From Synechococcus sp. (GTDB lineage Bacteria > Cyanobacteriota > Cyanobacteriia > PCC-6307 > Cyanobiaceae), in assembly GCA_047285535.1 (NCBI GenBank), contig JBJBDC010000001.1, positions 928,136 to 992,135 on the forward strand: a stretch of 64,000 nt of DNA, in the 5' to 3' direction. Below are positions 39,925-50,155 of this stretch, piece after piece; the stretch's first letter is position 1, and each line of letters opens with the position of its first letter. The translations under genes and the position numbers were made by a program. A model generated the notes under the pieces. It had not been told where the DNA came from, searched no databases, and saw only the letters and a program-made list of their open reading frames with translations.

Positions 39925-40004
39925 CCAACAGGAGCAAAAAGAATCACTCTCATAAGGGGTTTATTTATTTTTTTCAAAAAAAATAAACGGTTATCCAGCT
40001 GGCC

Positions 40005-40583
40005 CTAGCCCGTTCGCCAATCAAGCCAGGGAAGATGTGGAAAGATGGCGGGGGTGTCTAAGCGATATTTCAGGTACTCAGGATGTAGGTTGCAAAGACG
40101 GTTTTCCTCACGATGAGCTTTGCCTATGAGGACAGCAATGAGGCTGGCAAACAGTGCCAGATGAAGCAGGCTTCCCTTGGCAATCACAACGCCAATGGAG
40201 CAGATCAGAACGGCTCGATACTGAGGATGCCTGCAACTGACATAGACACCGTTAGTGATCAGAGATGCATAGGGCTTGGGATCTGGAAGAGGAGACATGC
40301 TGGCTCCTAAAGCCCGAAATCCCTGCAGTGCTTGTACAAGCCCAACTCCAAACACGAGCAGACCTGTGACATGTAGCCCTAGAGGCCACTGCAAGCCTTT
40401 GCCAAAATCAGGTGACCAGGACGGAAGGATATGAGCGCAGATCAGGACCAGTTGAGCCATCAGCCACCACTCTCCCTTTTGATTGTCAAGCAATCCTTTC
40501 CAGCTCAGACCCCAACCTTGAAAACTCCTACGCCAATCAACCTGTTGCCTTGGCGCCTTTAAAGGAAGGCATTTGTTTTCCAT
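40005..40583 (-). CDS. Isoprenylcysteine carboxyl methyltransferase / PEMT-family membrane protein
   Basis: 'LITNGVY..CRHPQY', 'EE..L...HPEY..Y'. Confidence 0.85.
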   Translation of the reverse strand: MENKCLPLKAPRQQVDWRRSFQGWGLSWKGLLDNQKGEWWLMAQLVLICAHILPSWSPDFGKGLQWPLGLHVTGLLVFGVGLVQALQGFRALGASMSPLPDPKPYASLITNGVYVSCRHPQYRAVLICSIGVVIAKGSLLHLALFASLIAVLIGKAHREENRLCNLHPEYLKYRLDTPAIFPHLPWLDWRTG

Positions 40584-40598
40584 GGATATCGCCAGGAG

Positions 40599-40949
40599 TT
40601 AATCCATCGGCAGGTCTCCTCGCGCACAGACCTTACCCCAACAAAGCGATCCCTCCTCACTCCAACTGGCCTGAACGCTCTCCCAGGAAGGGCGCTCATT
40701 AACCCTCATACGCATTAAACCTGTGCCGTCATGCTCGAACTGAATCTTTTGATCCTTAAAAGCCAATTTCCAACGACTACCGACGGAATCGGCCACAAAG
40801 CGGCATGGCTCCCAATCCTCATGGCTCCAGCGACACTCCACATCGACGACCATTGACTCAGCATGAACAAGCCGTACAAAGCCAGGTGTTATCAGCACGA
40901 GTGGCACAAAAAGCCTGAGTATGAATCCGATGGATTGGATCACAGACAA
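40599..40949 (-). CDS. Hypothetical exported protein with four Cys
   Basis: Signal-like N-terminus ('LVHA|ES'); TTG start. Confidence 0.65.
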   Translation of the reverse strand: MSVIQSIGFILRLFVPLVLITPGFVRLVHAESMVVDVECRWSHEDWEPCRFVADSVGSRWKLAFKDQKIQFEHDGTGLMRMRVNERPSWESVQASWSEEGSLCWGKVCARGDLPMD

Positions 40950-41574
40950 AGGGCAAGAAGAGGTGGACGATTTTCAAGCTGAAGAGAAGTGATTAAGGCA
41001 ATCGCGACGATGTCAGCCAATGGTTTGCTGACATACAAACTCAATTCAAACTCTTGAGATTCACGGGTTCGAAGCATTTGCCCCCATCTTCTTGGTGAAC
41101 GATCTAGTTCAACACTCACTCTTCTGGGTGTTCAGCAATGGGTATGCACCAAAGAAAAAAAGAATTGAGCACACAAAACTCAATCAAACAGGGACGGGAA
41201 TCAATCGCTTCAACCACTCAACTCATCGGAAGTGAACGACGTACGCCTAGACATCGAACTCGTTATCGCGTTAGCTGAAGGAAACGAAGCCTTCGCTGCA
41301 TCAAGCAAGAGCCAAAGAAATCAATACCACCATAAAATTGACCGAGCCGCAGACATGCATGAAGACAAATCAAATAAGACGTCCATTGACTCTTTAAACG
41401 TAAGACTAAAGTTGATAGTTTTTACAGCCTTAAATGCGATGATTTACGAGTTTCAAATGGATCAAACATATTGGAGCACCGAGTCAGAAACATTTACTCA
41501 CAGCTCTCTCATAAAACGCTCATATTTGAACACCCAATGCAAGGCATAATTTTTTCAGGAACCCTGAGGTGACT

Positions 41575-41609
41575 AAAAAAATCCTCCTGGCTGCACCAGG
41601 AGGATTTTT
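41575..41609. terminator. Terminator-like hairpin, copy 1
   Basis: A7-TCCTCCTGG-CTGCA-CCAGGAGGA-T5. Confidence 0.8.
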
Positions 41610-41770
41610 ATTTTGAGAGACTATATCCGCATCTTCTCAAAAAGCGCTCATTGGACAAGACGACAATGAATGATCGACGTCAGAAACATTTACTCACGGC
41701 TCTCTCATAAATCACTCATATTTGAACGCCCAATCCAAGGCATAATCTTTTCAGGAACCCTGAGGTGACT

Positions 41771-41803
41771 AAAAAAAACTCCTGGCATCACCAGGAGTTT
41801 TTT
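41771..41803. terminator. Terminator-like hairpin, copy 2
   Basis: A8-CTCCTGG-CATCA-CCAGGAG-T6. Confidence 0.8.
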
Positions 41804-42071
41804 ATTCGGAGAGTATATCCACATCAAATGATCATCAGTCTCAAAAGAGCGCTCATTGGCAAAACAACAATGAATGATCGACTTACTGCAGCAACAGATC
41901 ACCATTACTAGTAGGAAAATCAAATCAACAAACACTAACGATCCGGACGCATTTAGCGGTCAAAGATACGTTTGATCGATTTTTACAATATGTATCATTT
42001 AAATACTGAAGGGAAACTGGCTGGCAAGGCACTCTGGCCTGCCAAGATTTAACGATTCCCGCTCCGAGCCC

Positions 42072-42326
42072 GTGCCTCGATATCAAGCTCGTGTTCTGGT
42101 CCATCTGCGCCCTTCTGTTCTGGATCCAGCCGGTGAGGCCACTCGTTCTGCCGCAAGCCGATTAGGGGTGGAAGGCATCGAACGCCTACGCATCGGAAAG
42201 GCTGTGGAGCTAGAGCTGGAGGCTTCTGATGAAGCAGATGCACGCCAACAGGTAGAGCTGTTGAGTGATCGACTTCTGGCCAATCCCGTAATTGAAAACT
42301 GGACCCTGGAACTGAAGTTGTCATGA
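42072..42326 (+). CDS. purS: FGAM synthase subunit PurS
   Basis: '[10 protein letters not shown]', 'RIGK', 'LLANPVIE'. Confidence 0.96.
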   Translation: MPRYQARVLVHLRPSVLDPAGEATRSAASRLGVEGIERLRIGKAVELELEASDEADARQQVELLSDRLLANPVIENWTLELKLS

Positions 42327-42979
42327 GTATTGGTGTTGTTGTCTTTCCTGGTTCCAATTGCGACCGGGACGTGCGATGGGCCACGGAAGGGTGCCTGGGA
42401 ATGCCTACCCGATACCTCTGGCATGAAGACACAGATCTCAACGACCTCGAGGCAGTCGTCCTACCAGGGGGCTTCAGTTACGGCGACTATTTGCGCTGCG
42501 GTGCCATCGCCAGATTCGCCCCAGTGCTGGGATCTCTAGTCGATTTCGCCAACAAAGGCGGGCGAGTGCTCGGCATCTGCAACGGATTTCAGATTCTCAC
42601 TGAGCTCGGCTTATTGCAAGGAGCACTCACCAGAAATAGCGGTCTTCATTTTATCTGCGAAGACACCCCACTCAAGGTGGCAAGTTCTCGCTCTCCCTGG
42701 CTGGCTCACTTGCAAGTCGGACATGAGATCAAGCTGCCCATTGCGCACGGAGAAGGGCGTTATCAATGCAGCGAAGACACACTCAAATCTCTTCAAGACA
42801 ATGACAGCATCGCTCTGAAATACGACATTAATCCCAATGGCTCCGTTGCCGATATTGCAGGAATCACAAATTCCGCGGGCAATGTTCTTGGACTGATGCC
42901 TCATCCGGAGCGAGCTTGCGATCCTGCAACAGGCGGAACAGATGGACGCCAGTTGATTGAGGCCCTAATTTATCAATAG
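42323..42979 (+). CDS. purQ: FGAM synthase subunit PurQ
   Basis: 'FPGSNCD', '[10 protein letters not shown]', 'GICNGFQ', 'MPHPER'. Confidence 0.97.
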   Translation: MSIGVVVFPGSNCDRDVRWATEGCLGMPTRYLWHEDTDLNDLEAVVLPGGFSYGDYLRCGAIARFAPVLGSLVDFANKGGRVLGICNGFQILTELGLLQGALTRNSGLHFICEDTPLKVASSRSPWLAHLQVGHEIKLPIAHGEGRYQCSEDTLKSLQDNDSIALKYDINPNGSVADIAGITNSAGNVLGLMPHPERACDPATGGTDGRQLIEALIYQ

Positions 42980-43273
42980 GACAGGGCATGACCAGTTCCA
43001 AAAACCAACAGGGGCCTGAGTTTCATCTTTTAGCTGATGATCACTCAAAATCCATTAAACAAAAGGAGAATGTGCACATGCAAACCAGAACACAATCAAC
43101 CTGGCTTAAATATAAAACAGCAAGAAACATGAATGCACCATTAATCGCATAAATGCGTCAAAGCACTTATCTTTCACTGTTGCAATTGAGATTTCAGAAT
43201 TAACTTATGGAGCTTATTGAAAGCATTCATCGAATTGCGTGGTCAGACTGGCATTAATTGGTGATGAAGCGCT

Positions 43274-44257
43274 TTGATGCGTCGTCGATCATTTTTGACG
43301 TTGGGAGTTTCGGCGGCCGTAAGCGCAGCCGTTCCGTTTTCCGCTGATGGTTGGGCGGCATCGACTCAAAAGCAGTCCCCACTTCGTCCTTTAAAAAAAG
43401 GCTCCAGGCTTCGAGCAGTCAATGCCGGAACGTGGCTGAATCCTCAAACTGACTTTGGCCCCCTCGTGAAGCGCTGTGAAGCTGAGGGCTGGATATTAGA
43501 AATCCCAGAATCGGTGAAACGGCAATGGCAATGGTTTTCGGGAACCGATCAACAACGAGCGGATGATCTTGAGAATGCCTGGAAAAATCCTTCACTGGCT
43601 GGTCTGATTTATGTCGGTGCTGGCTGGGGAGGCGCCAGAGTTTTAGAGGCTGGCTTTCGCTTCCCCAATCGCCCGCTCTGGACCCTGGGGTTTTCTGACA
43701 CCAGCTCGATGCTGATAGCTCAATGGTCGGCTGGATTGCGGGGAGCCATCCATGGATCCACAACTGGACCTGACCAACAATGGCAACGAACAGTCCACCT
43801 CCTGAAAGGAGAACCTGTCCCCCCACTCCTAGGACGTTCCGTGCGCACCGGCGTGGCAAGTGGGCCTCTCGTAGTAACGAATCTCACTGTTGCAACCCAT
43901 TTGATTGGCACTCCCTGGTTCCCTGATCTGCGTGGATCCATCCTGGTGCTGGAAGATGTTGGAGAAGCGCCCTACAGAGTGGATCGAATGCTGACGCAAT
44001 GGCGAAGCTCAGGAGTGCTTCGTGGCCTTGCCGGCGTGGCCACGGGGCGATTTAGTTGGAAAGGGGAGGTGGAACCAGGTGATTTTTCAATGGATGGGAT
44101 CCTCGAAGAGCGACTCGCTGATCTAGGCGTGCCCTTGGTCATGGATCTGCCCCTTGGTCATGGACTTCCCAATATGGCTCTCCCCCTTGGTGTAGAAGCA
44201 ACGCTCAACGCCAATCAAGGAACGCTGAAACTGCCTCCATATCGCTCGCATGGTTGA
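43274..44257 (+). CDS. ldcA: LD-carboxypeptidase (peptidase S66) with Tat signal
   Basis: 'RRRSFL' Tat motif; 'GFSD', 'LEDVGE', 'GHG' Ser/Glu/His triad motifs. Confidence 0.88.
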   Translation: MMRRRSFLTLGVSAAVSAAVPFSADGWAASTQKQSPLRPLKKGSRLRAVNAGTWLNPQTDFGPLVKRCEAEGWILEIPESVKRQWQWFSGTDQQRADDLENAWKNPSLAGLIYVGAGWGGARVLEAGFRFPNRPLWTLGFSDTSSMLIAQWSAGLRGAIHGSTTGPDQQWQRTVHLLKGEPVPPLLGRSVRTGVASGPLVVTNLTVATHLIGTPWFPDLRGSILVLEDVGEAPYRVDRMLTQWRSSGVLRGLAGVATGRFSWKGEVEPGDFSMDGILEERLADLGVPLVMDLPLGHGLPNMALPLGVEATLNANQGTLKLPPYRSHG

Positions 44258-44264
44258 AGCCATT

Positions 44265-44294
44265 AAAAAGGGGGCAGAGCCGAGCCCCCCCTTT
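44265..44294. terminator. Bidirectional terminator between the S66 peptidase gene and fba
   Basis: AAAAAGGGGGC-AGAGCCGA-GCCCCCCCTTT. Confidence 0.75.
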
Positions 44295-44313
44295 GCTGGA
44301 TTTGAACGAACAA

Positions 44314-45387
44314 TCAGGCAGCAACTGCTGTCTTGGGGTCAAGCAAGCCTTTTGCATAAAGGCCGGAATAGAAGTTGATGTCGCGCTGCCTGATCTTGCT
44401 GGCGTTGCCCGCAGCCCAGAACTGCTGATAGCGATCCAAACAAACCTGTTTCATGTACTTACGAGCTGGCTTGTTGAAGTGACGAGGATCAAAGTTGGCA
44501 GGATCAGCCACGGCAGCTTCACGAACAGCAGCAGTGAACGCCAAGCGATTATCCGTATCGATGTTGACCTTTCTGACACCATTACGGATTCCTTCTTGAA
44601 TCTCTTCAACTGGTACCCCATAGGTTTCGGGGATAGCACCGCCATACTTGTTAATCATTTCCAACCATTCCTGGGGAACGGAGGAGGAGCCATGCATCAC
44701 CAAGTGGGTATTGGGAATGGCCTTATGAATTTCAGCAATCCTGCTGATCGCAAGTACTTCTCCAGTGGGCTTACGTGTGAACTTATAAGCACCGTGACTG
44801 GTACCGATTGCGATCGCCAGAGCATCAACTTTGGTCTTAGCAACAAAATCAGCAGCCTCGGCTGGATCGGTAAGTAACTGATCTTTAGATAGCTCACCTT
44901 CAAAACCGTGGCCATCTTCGGCTTCGCCTTTACCGGTTTCTAGTGAACCGAGACATCCCAATTCACCCTCGACACTCACGCCAATGGCGTGGGCCACATC
45001 AACCACTTCCTTGGTGACATTGACGTTGTAGTCGTAACTAGCAGGAGTCTTAGCATCAGCCTCAAGGGATCCATCCATCATCACGGATGTAAAGCCATTA
45101 GCAGCAGCTCCAAAGCAAGTGGCTGGGCTATTGCCATGATCCTGATGCATCACAACAGGGATGTCTGGATACGTTTCAACAGCAGCCAGAATGAGGTGAC
45201 GCAAGAAATTCTCACCGGCATAAGTTCTGGCTCCTCGCGAGGCCTGAAGGATCACGGGAGAGTCAGTCTCGTGAGCCGCCTCCATGATCGACTGCACCTG
45301 CTCAAGGTTATTCACATTGAAAGCAGGAATGCCATAGCCGTTTTCCGCGGCATGGTCAAGCAGAAGTCGAAGCGGAACGAGCGCCAT
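44314..45387 (-). CDS. fba: Fructose-bisphosphate aldolase class II (Calvin-cycle subtype)
   Basis: 'HQDHG', 'SVMMDGS', 'GTSHGAYKF', 'VMHGSS', 'KVNIDTD'. Confidence 0.97.
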   Translation of the reverse strand: MALVPLRLLLDHAAENGYGIPAFNVNNLEQVQSIMEAAHETDSPVILQASRGARTYAGENFLRHLILAAVETYPDIPVVMHQDHGNSPATCFGAAANGFTSVMMDGSLEADAKTPASYDYNVNVTKEVVDVAHAIGVSVEGELGCLGSLETGKGEAEDGHGFEGELSKDQLLTDPAEAADFVAKTKVDALAIAIGTSHGAYKFTRKPTGEVLAISRIAEIHKAIPNTHLVMHGSSSVPQEWLEMINKYGGAIPETYGVPVEEIQEGIRNGVRKVNIDTDNRLAFTAAVREAAVADPANFDPRHFNKPARKYMKQVCLDRYQQFWAAGNASKIRQRDINFYSGLYAKGLLDPKTAVAA

Positions 45388-45464
45388 AGTGAAGTCCTAA
45401 TGAGGGCCGATAAACGGACATTGGTCCGTAGCCGCGAGACTTTACATTCGATTCGTACGAAATG

Positions 45465-45505
45465 TCACGACACTCCGTGGCAGAAATTACGGTGGAGTGT
45501 CGTGA
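45465..45505. repeat. 12-bp inverted repeat between the two aldolase genes
   Basis: TCACGACACTCC ... GGAGTGTCGTGA. Confidence 0.8.
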
Positions 45506-45514
45506 GGTGATAGC

Positions 45515-46582
45515 TCAGTAGGTATAGCCAGCTACAAACAACTGCTCGTCAGAAGACGGTTGAGAGCCAGGGACGTAACGACCCTGTGATGCTTCTGAAT
45601 TTGCCCTTGCTCTTGCAAGAAGCGCTGCCTGGCCTCCCTGTTGGTTGGTTCCAGCCCAAGCCTTGAGACAGGAATGTTGCAAGGCTCTTCCATAGGAGAA
45701 GCCAAGATTCCATTGAGCTTTTTTCACAATTTTATTCATGTTGTTGAGGTACACCGATGCTGCTTCCTCACTCAAACCACCTGAAAGAAATACAATTCCA
45801 GGCACACTTGCAGGAACACCTCGCTCGAGGGTTCGAACTGTCATTTCGGCAACAGTTTGAGGGTCTGATTTCTGTGGGCAATCAGCACCTTGAACCGTCA
45901 TTGAGGGCTTAAGAAGAGTGCCTTCTAAGAGAACCCCATTGAGCTGGCAAGCGTGATACACCTCTTTGAGAATCCGTTCTTGAACGGCTGCAGTCACTTC
46001 AATGGAGTGAGCACCATCCATCAAGATTTCAGGTTCAATAATGGGAACAAGGCCTGATTCCTGCACAGAACGTGCGTAACGAGCCAAACCCCATGCATTT
46101 TCATGGATCGCAAGATCCGATGGGCAACCATCGGCGGTGATTTGCAGTACAGCACGCCACTTGGCAAACCGTGCACCTTGGGCGTAGTAATCAGCGGCAC
46201 GTTCCACCAACCCATCAAGGCCAGTACAAACCGTTTCGACGGAATGCGCGCCAGGTAAAGGACATAGACCTTTATCAACTTTAATGCCAGGAATGATGCC
46301 AGCTTGATTTAATTTCTCAACCATCGTTTCGCCGTCGGCGTGGCGCTGAAAAAGTGTTTCCTCGTACAAGATTGCGCCACTAATAAATTCACCAAGGCCT
46401 GCAGTTGTAAACAACATTCCTCGATAGGCCTGCCGATTGGCCTCCGTATTTTCCACTTGAATACCGCCAAGGCGCTTGCCAATGGTCTTCGTAGACTCAT
46501 CAACAGCGAGTATGCCCTTCCCAGACGCTGCTAAAGCATTGGCGGTAGCAATCAATTCCTTAGAGTGCGCGGAAAGAGACAT
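45515..46582 (-). CDS. Fructose-bisphosphate aldolase class I (eukaryote-type)
   Basis: 'GKGILAVDES', 'GIKVDKG', 'FAKWR', 'LEGTLLKPSM' (Schiff-base Lys), 'FLSGG', 'FSYGRALQ'. Confidence 0.96.
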   Translation of the reverse strand: MSLSAHSKELIATANALAASGKGILAVDESTKTIGKRLGGIQVENTEANRQAYRGMLFTTAGLGEFISGAILYEETLFQRHADGETMVEKLNQAGIIPGIKVDKGLCPLPGAHSVETVCTGLDGLVERAADYYAQGARFAKWRAVLQITADGCPSDLAIHENAWGLARYARSVQESGLVPIIEPEILMDGAHSIEVTAAVQERILKEVYHACQLNGVLLEGTLLKPSMTVQGADCPQKSDPQTVAEMTVRTLERGVPASVPGIVFLSGGLSEEAASVYLNNMNKIVKKAQWNLGFSYGRALQHSCLKAWAGTNQQGGQAALLARARANSEASQGRYVPGSQPSSDEQLFVAGYTY

Positions 46583-46707
46583 AGTGATTACTCTGCTTGC
46601 GAAAGAGCCGAAATAGTACTGACCAAACCTTAGGGCCTAATTAATATTTGCTACTAGGCTTAGTGACAAAGGTCGCAGAGCACTTGATTGATTAGTTCGT
46701 CAAAACG

Positions 46708-47802
46708 TCAAATTTGCTGGTCCGAATCGCTCGATTGATCACAAGCTTTCTGGCTCATCAGGCCCTCTGACAAGCCAGGCACCATGGGGGAACCAGATTG
46801 GATACTTCGAGCCCACCAGCTCTGAATTCGGGCCACCGGCGCCACACGGCCATCGCTCCAAGTGGTTGGGAAAACGAAATCAGCGTCAGCCTGAACGTTG
46901 CGAGTGGCTTCTCCCTTTGAGGTGTACCAAAGTCCAAAACCATGGACGTAATCTTTTTGGTTAGGGCTGCCGAGAGTAAGGCTGCCCTCAGATCCATAGA
47001 TTTCGAGCCAAAAGCCTCGACCATTGCGAGCCACTGAAGCCAAATTGACCTGGGCTGGAACCCTTTGATTGTCACACCCCTGCCAATCCAGCTCCATCTG
47101 AATGAGCGACACATCCTCCGCATCCACTGGCGCCATTCCCCCATTGGGGTGAGGACGCTCTTTGATCGACACGCTATTGAGAGCATGGGCGGATCGAATC
47201 GGACCGATCAACCATGCCAAAGTGTCGAAGGCATGGGTCCCAAGAGCACCGATAACGCCTCCACCTGCTTGACGTTGTGAGTACCAGCTCCATGCTCGAG
47301 AAGCATCAGCTCGGCTGCTCATCAACCAGTCAAGTTTTACAAGCCAAGGCGTTCCGACAGCACCAGCCTCAAGCATCCGAGCAGCCTGCCGGAATAATGG
47401 CACTGCCCGATATTCATAATCCACTGCCACACTGAGGCCTTTCTGCATAGCAATCCGTTGCAGATCTGCCACCAATTCCGACTTGAGAGCTACAGGTTTT
47501 TCAAGCAATAAGTGCTTGCCAGCGTGCAACGCTTGACGCGCAAGTTCATAACGTGGCTCCGGTGGTGTGGCAATGATCACTCCCTCTACGCGAGTATCGC
47601 TGAGCAAAGCGCCCCAATCGTTGTAGCCAGGTAGGTTGTGCGCAAGGCAAGCCTGATCTAATCGTTCCCGTCGTGGGTGCCAAAGTGCAACGGCCTGGAG
47701 ATCAGATTGAGCTGCAAGGGCTGGGAGATGAACCGATTCTCCAAAGCCAAGACCAGCGATCGCGACTCCAATAGCTGAAGTGCTTGAAGAGGGGACAGCC
47801 AT
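46708..47802 (-). CDS. Gfo/Idh/MocA-family oxidoreductase
   Basis: 'GLGFG', 'ATPP', 'EKPV', 'GGGVIGALGTH'. Confidence 0.9.
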   Translation of the reverse strand: MAVPSSSTSAIGVAIAGLGFGESVHLPALAAQSDLQAVALWHPRRERLDQACLAHNLPGYNDWGALLSDTRVEGVIIATPPEPRYELARQALHAGKHLLLEKPVALKSELVADLQRIAMQKGLSVAVDYEYRAVPLFRQAARMLEAGAVGTPWLVKLDWLMSSRADASRAWSWYSQRQAGGGVIGALGTHAFDTLAWLIGPIRSAHALNSVSIKERPHPNGGMAPVDAEDVSLIQMELDWQGCDNQRVPAQVNLASVARNGRGFWLEIYGSEGSLTLGSPNQKDYVHGFGLWYTSKGEATRNVQADADFVFPTTWSDGRVAPVARIQSWWARSIQSGSPMVPGLSEGLMSQKACDQSSDSDQQI

Positions 47803-47820
47803 AAATGAGGCCTAGTGAGG

Positions 47821-48219
47821 TCAGGAAAGCGAAGAAAACTGTTCAGACGCGCAAACGGCTGAAATCACACCGTCGATCAGGGGATCAGACCCTGATGGTT
47901 GCCATTCGGCCTTGAATTGAGGTAACCCATTTTTTTGCTGATCTCGATACAGCTCTTGGCTGCAGTCGATCTCCATCACCACAAGAGTTCCCAAGGCAGG
48001 TCGATCATCCTCCTGCCGCAAGCTGTAGCGACTGAGCACTGACACGGTGCCAGTCTTATTCAACCGCAGGCTGCCCGCATCCCACCACTGCTGGCCATCC
48101 CCAGTTGAAGGAACTTCTCTCCATTCCACTTGACCTGCACACACAGGAGCAGCGAGAAGAATGATGGCCAAGCCAAAAGCAAGAACAGCTCGGATACGAA
48201 TGGCTGTGATGCTGATCAT
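47821..48219 (-). CDS. Exported hypothetical protein
   Basis: Signal peptide; 'EIDC...AVC'; ATGA-coupled to accD. Confidence 0.75.
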   Translation of the reverse strand: MISITAIRIRAVLAFGLAIILLAAPVCAGQVEWREVPSTGDGQQWWDAGSLRLNKTGTVSVLSRYSLRQEDDRPALGTLVVMEIDCSQELYRDQQKNGLPQFKAEWQPSGSDPLIDGVISAVCASEQFSSLS

Positions 48220-49094
48220 GATGCCGCGACCTGAGCTTCACAGCCATGCAGCCGAAGAAGGTTCGCAAGGGTGGAACGTAATTGAGTACGAGGCACGATC
48301 GAATCCACGAAGCCGTGATCTTGTAAATACTCAGCTGTTTGAAAATTATCAGGCAATTTTTCACGCAGGGTTTGTTCAATCACGCGCCTTCCAGCAAAAC
48401 CGATGAGGGCTTTTGGCTCCGCCAAAATGAGATCACCGAGCATGGCAAAACTTGCCGTGACACCACCAGTCGTGGGGTGCGTAAGCAGAGGCATGTACAA
48501 CACGCCTGCTTCCCTGTGGCGTTCTAAAGCACCCGAAATTTTCGCCATCTGCATGAGGCTGAGCATGCCCTCCTGCATCCTTGCGCCTCCTGATGCACAA
48601 ACGATTAAAAGTGGCAGCTTTTTGGCTGTAGCGCGTTCCACCAGACGAGTGATTTTTTCACCAACAACCGACCCCATCGAGCCGCCCATGAAGCGGAAAT
48701 CCATCACGCCGAGAGCCAAAGGAATCCCCTCTACTTGGCATAACCCGGTGATCACCCCGTCTCGAAGACCGGTATTGGCCTGGGTCTCCCGAAGCCGGTC
48801 TGCATAGGCCCTGCGATCCTTAAATCCCAGCGGATCAGTTGGTTCCAGCTCCTGATCAATGGCCACAAAACTGTTTGGATCCACAAGAACAGCAATGCGC
48901 TCAGTGCTATCGATGCGGTGGTGGTAACCACAGTTGCCGCAGACACTGGCGTTGCTGAGCAGATCCTTGCGATACACCACTTGAGAGCATTCGGGGCACT
49001 TGCTCCAGAGACCATCCCCTTCATCAGGCTCCTGATTCACCTTGCCGACGAACTGACCTTTACGGCGGTCAGCAAACCAGTCGAACAAACTCAA
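48216..49094 (-). CDS. accD: Acetyl-CoA carboxylase carboxyltransferase beta subunit
   Basis: C4 zinc finger, '[13 protein letters not shown]', 'SGGARMQEG', '[11 protein letters not shown]'; TTG start with AGGAG. Confidence 0.97.
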   Translation of the reverse strand: MSLFDWFADRRKGQFVGKVNQEPDEGDGLWSKCPECSQVVYRKDLLSNASVCGNCGYHHRIDSTERIAVLVDPNSFVAIDQELEPTDPLGFKDRRAYADRLRETQANTGLRDGVITGLCQVEGIPLALGVMDFRFMGGSMGSVVGEKITRLVERATAKKLPLLIVCASGGARMQEGMLSLMQMAKISGALERHREAGVLYMPLLTHPTTGGVTASFAMLGDLILAEPKALIGFAGRRVIEQTLREKLPDNFQTAEYLQDHGFVDSIVPRTQLRSTLANLLRLHGCEAQVAAS

Positions 49095-49291
49095 GGTTGA
49101 TTACTCCTGAATGGCAACAGCAGTTCCCAGTTGGGATAGGGGCTTTTGGCTTGTAGGAACGCCAAATTTTGGGAGCTCATTAGACACAAACGGTCAAGCC
49201 AAAGGCCTGAGCATTCCACCACTTAGCTAAGGCTAAGACAGGGTTGTAGCAATCTCACCGCAACGATCCTCTTGTACTGGGTTCGTATCTT

Positions 49292-50155
49292 TCAGAACAC
49301 TCCAAACCATTTCATCCATTGATTGAGCCACCACTCAGAGCCGACCAACCAGGTCAGCCAAATTCCAAGAGCAATAAAGGGGCCAAAAGGGAATGGCTGT
49401 CGAGGTCCAAGGCGTCCAGATAGACGGCCGATGGTCCCAACGAAGGCACCGCTGAAGACCGCAATCGCCAAAGCAATCCAAACACCCCCTAAGCCGAGCC
49501 AAGCTCCCGCTAAGGCGGCCAGTTTGGCATCGCCAAGTCCGAGTGCAGGTTGTCCAAGCATGCGCTCAGAAAGAGCGCTTAATCCTTCCAGTACCAGTAA
49601 CCCTGCAGATGCGGCCAAAAGGTGATTGAGAAGCACTGAACTGGCTGCAGGCCAGGGAATGACCAGATAAAGAGCACCTGTCAACACAATGCCCAGCACT
49701 ACTCCAAGCCTGCATAGAGGTTCAGGAAGCCATAAATGGTCAATATCTATTAAAACCAGTGGTAAAAGCACACTGATCAGGACAATCCCCGCCAACAGAT
49801 TGAGCAATGCCAAACCTGGCTGATCTGGAGAAGCAAGCAATCCTCGACCCCAAAAAGCACTGAGCCAGAGGATGGCGCTACAGGCTTCCACCAATGGATA
49901 CCGGCTGGGGATGCCCTGATGGCAATCACGACATCGTCCTTGAAGCAAAAACCAACCCAACACGGGCACATTGTCGTGCCAGCGAACTGGATGTCCACAT
50001 TTCGGACAGTGACTTCCCGGCCAGAGAACGGATTCTTCCCGGGGTAAGCGCCAAGCCACCACATTGGTGAAACTTCCCAGACATGCACCCCCAAGGAGAA
50101 GGGTGATACAAAGCAAACTTGTCAATTCGCACCTCCCCTTGGCCGTTCTCTCCAT
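49292..50155 (-). CDS. pilD: Prepilin peptidase/N-methyltransferase (A24)
   Basis: 'GSFTNVV', 'SHCPKC', 'GRCRDC', 'IDID', 'GLGDAKL', 'PFGPF'. Confidence 0.92.
   Translation of the reverse strand: MERTAKGRCELTSLLCITLLLGGACLGSFTNVVAWRLPREESVLWPGSHCPKCGHPVRWHDNVPVLGWFLLQGRCRDCHQGIPSRYPLVEACSAILWLSAFWGRGLLASPDQPGLALLNLLAGIVLISVLLPLVLIDIDHLWLPEPLCRLGVVLGIVLTGALYLVIPWPAASSVLLNHLLAASAGLLVLEGLSALSERMLGQPALGLGDAKLAALAGAWLGLGGVWIALAIAVFSGAFVGTIGRLSGRLGPRQPFPFGPFIALGIWLTWLVGSEWWLNQWMKWFGVF

Larger units (their letters stand above)
41483..41882. repeat. Tandem duplication of a ~200-bp unit (41483-41678 and 41679-41882)
   Basis: Both copies start GTCAGAAACATTTACTCAC and end CAATGAATGATCGAC and are alignable throughout. 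Confidence 0.95.

Noticed and set aside
39964..39987. TTTATTTTTTT-C-AAAAAAAATAAA dyad
   Set aside because: Homopolymeric A/T only; too low in complexity to support a functional call
41062..41080. GGGTTCGAA resembling a tRNA T-loop or att-site remnant
   Set aside because: No closing T-stem, acceptor stem or CCA; no cloverleaf can be folded
41483..41882. Repeat considered as a CRISPR array or MITE
   Set aside because: Only two ~200-bp units, no spacers, no cas genes, no terminal inverted repeats or target-site duplication
41232..41935. ORFs 41232..41549 (+) and 41705..41935 (-)
   Set aside because: No motifs; they run into the duplicated unit or through the hairpin, and the frames are not preserved in both copies
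41992..42006. GTA...TAC resembling an NtcA box upstream of purS
   Set aside because: Spacing is N9, not N8; a similar site at 53854-53866 is N7
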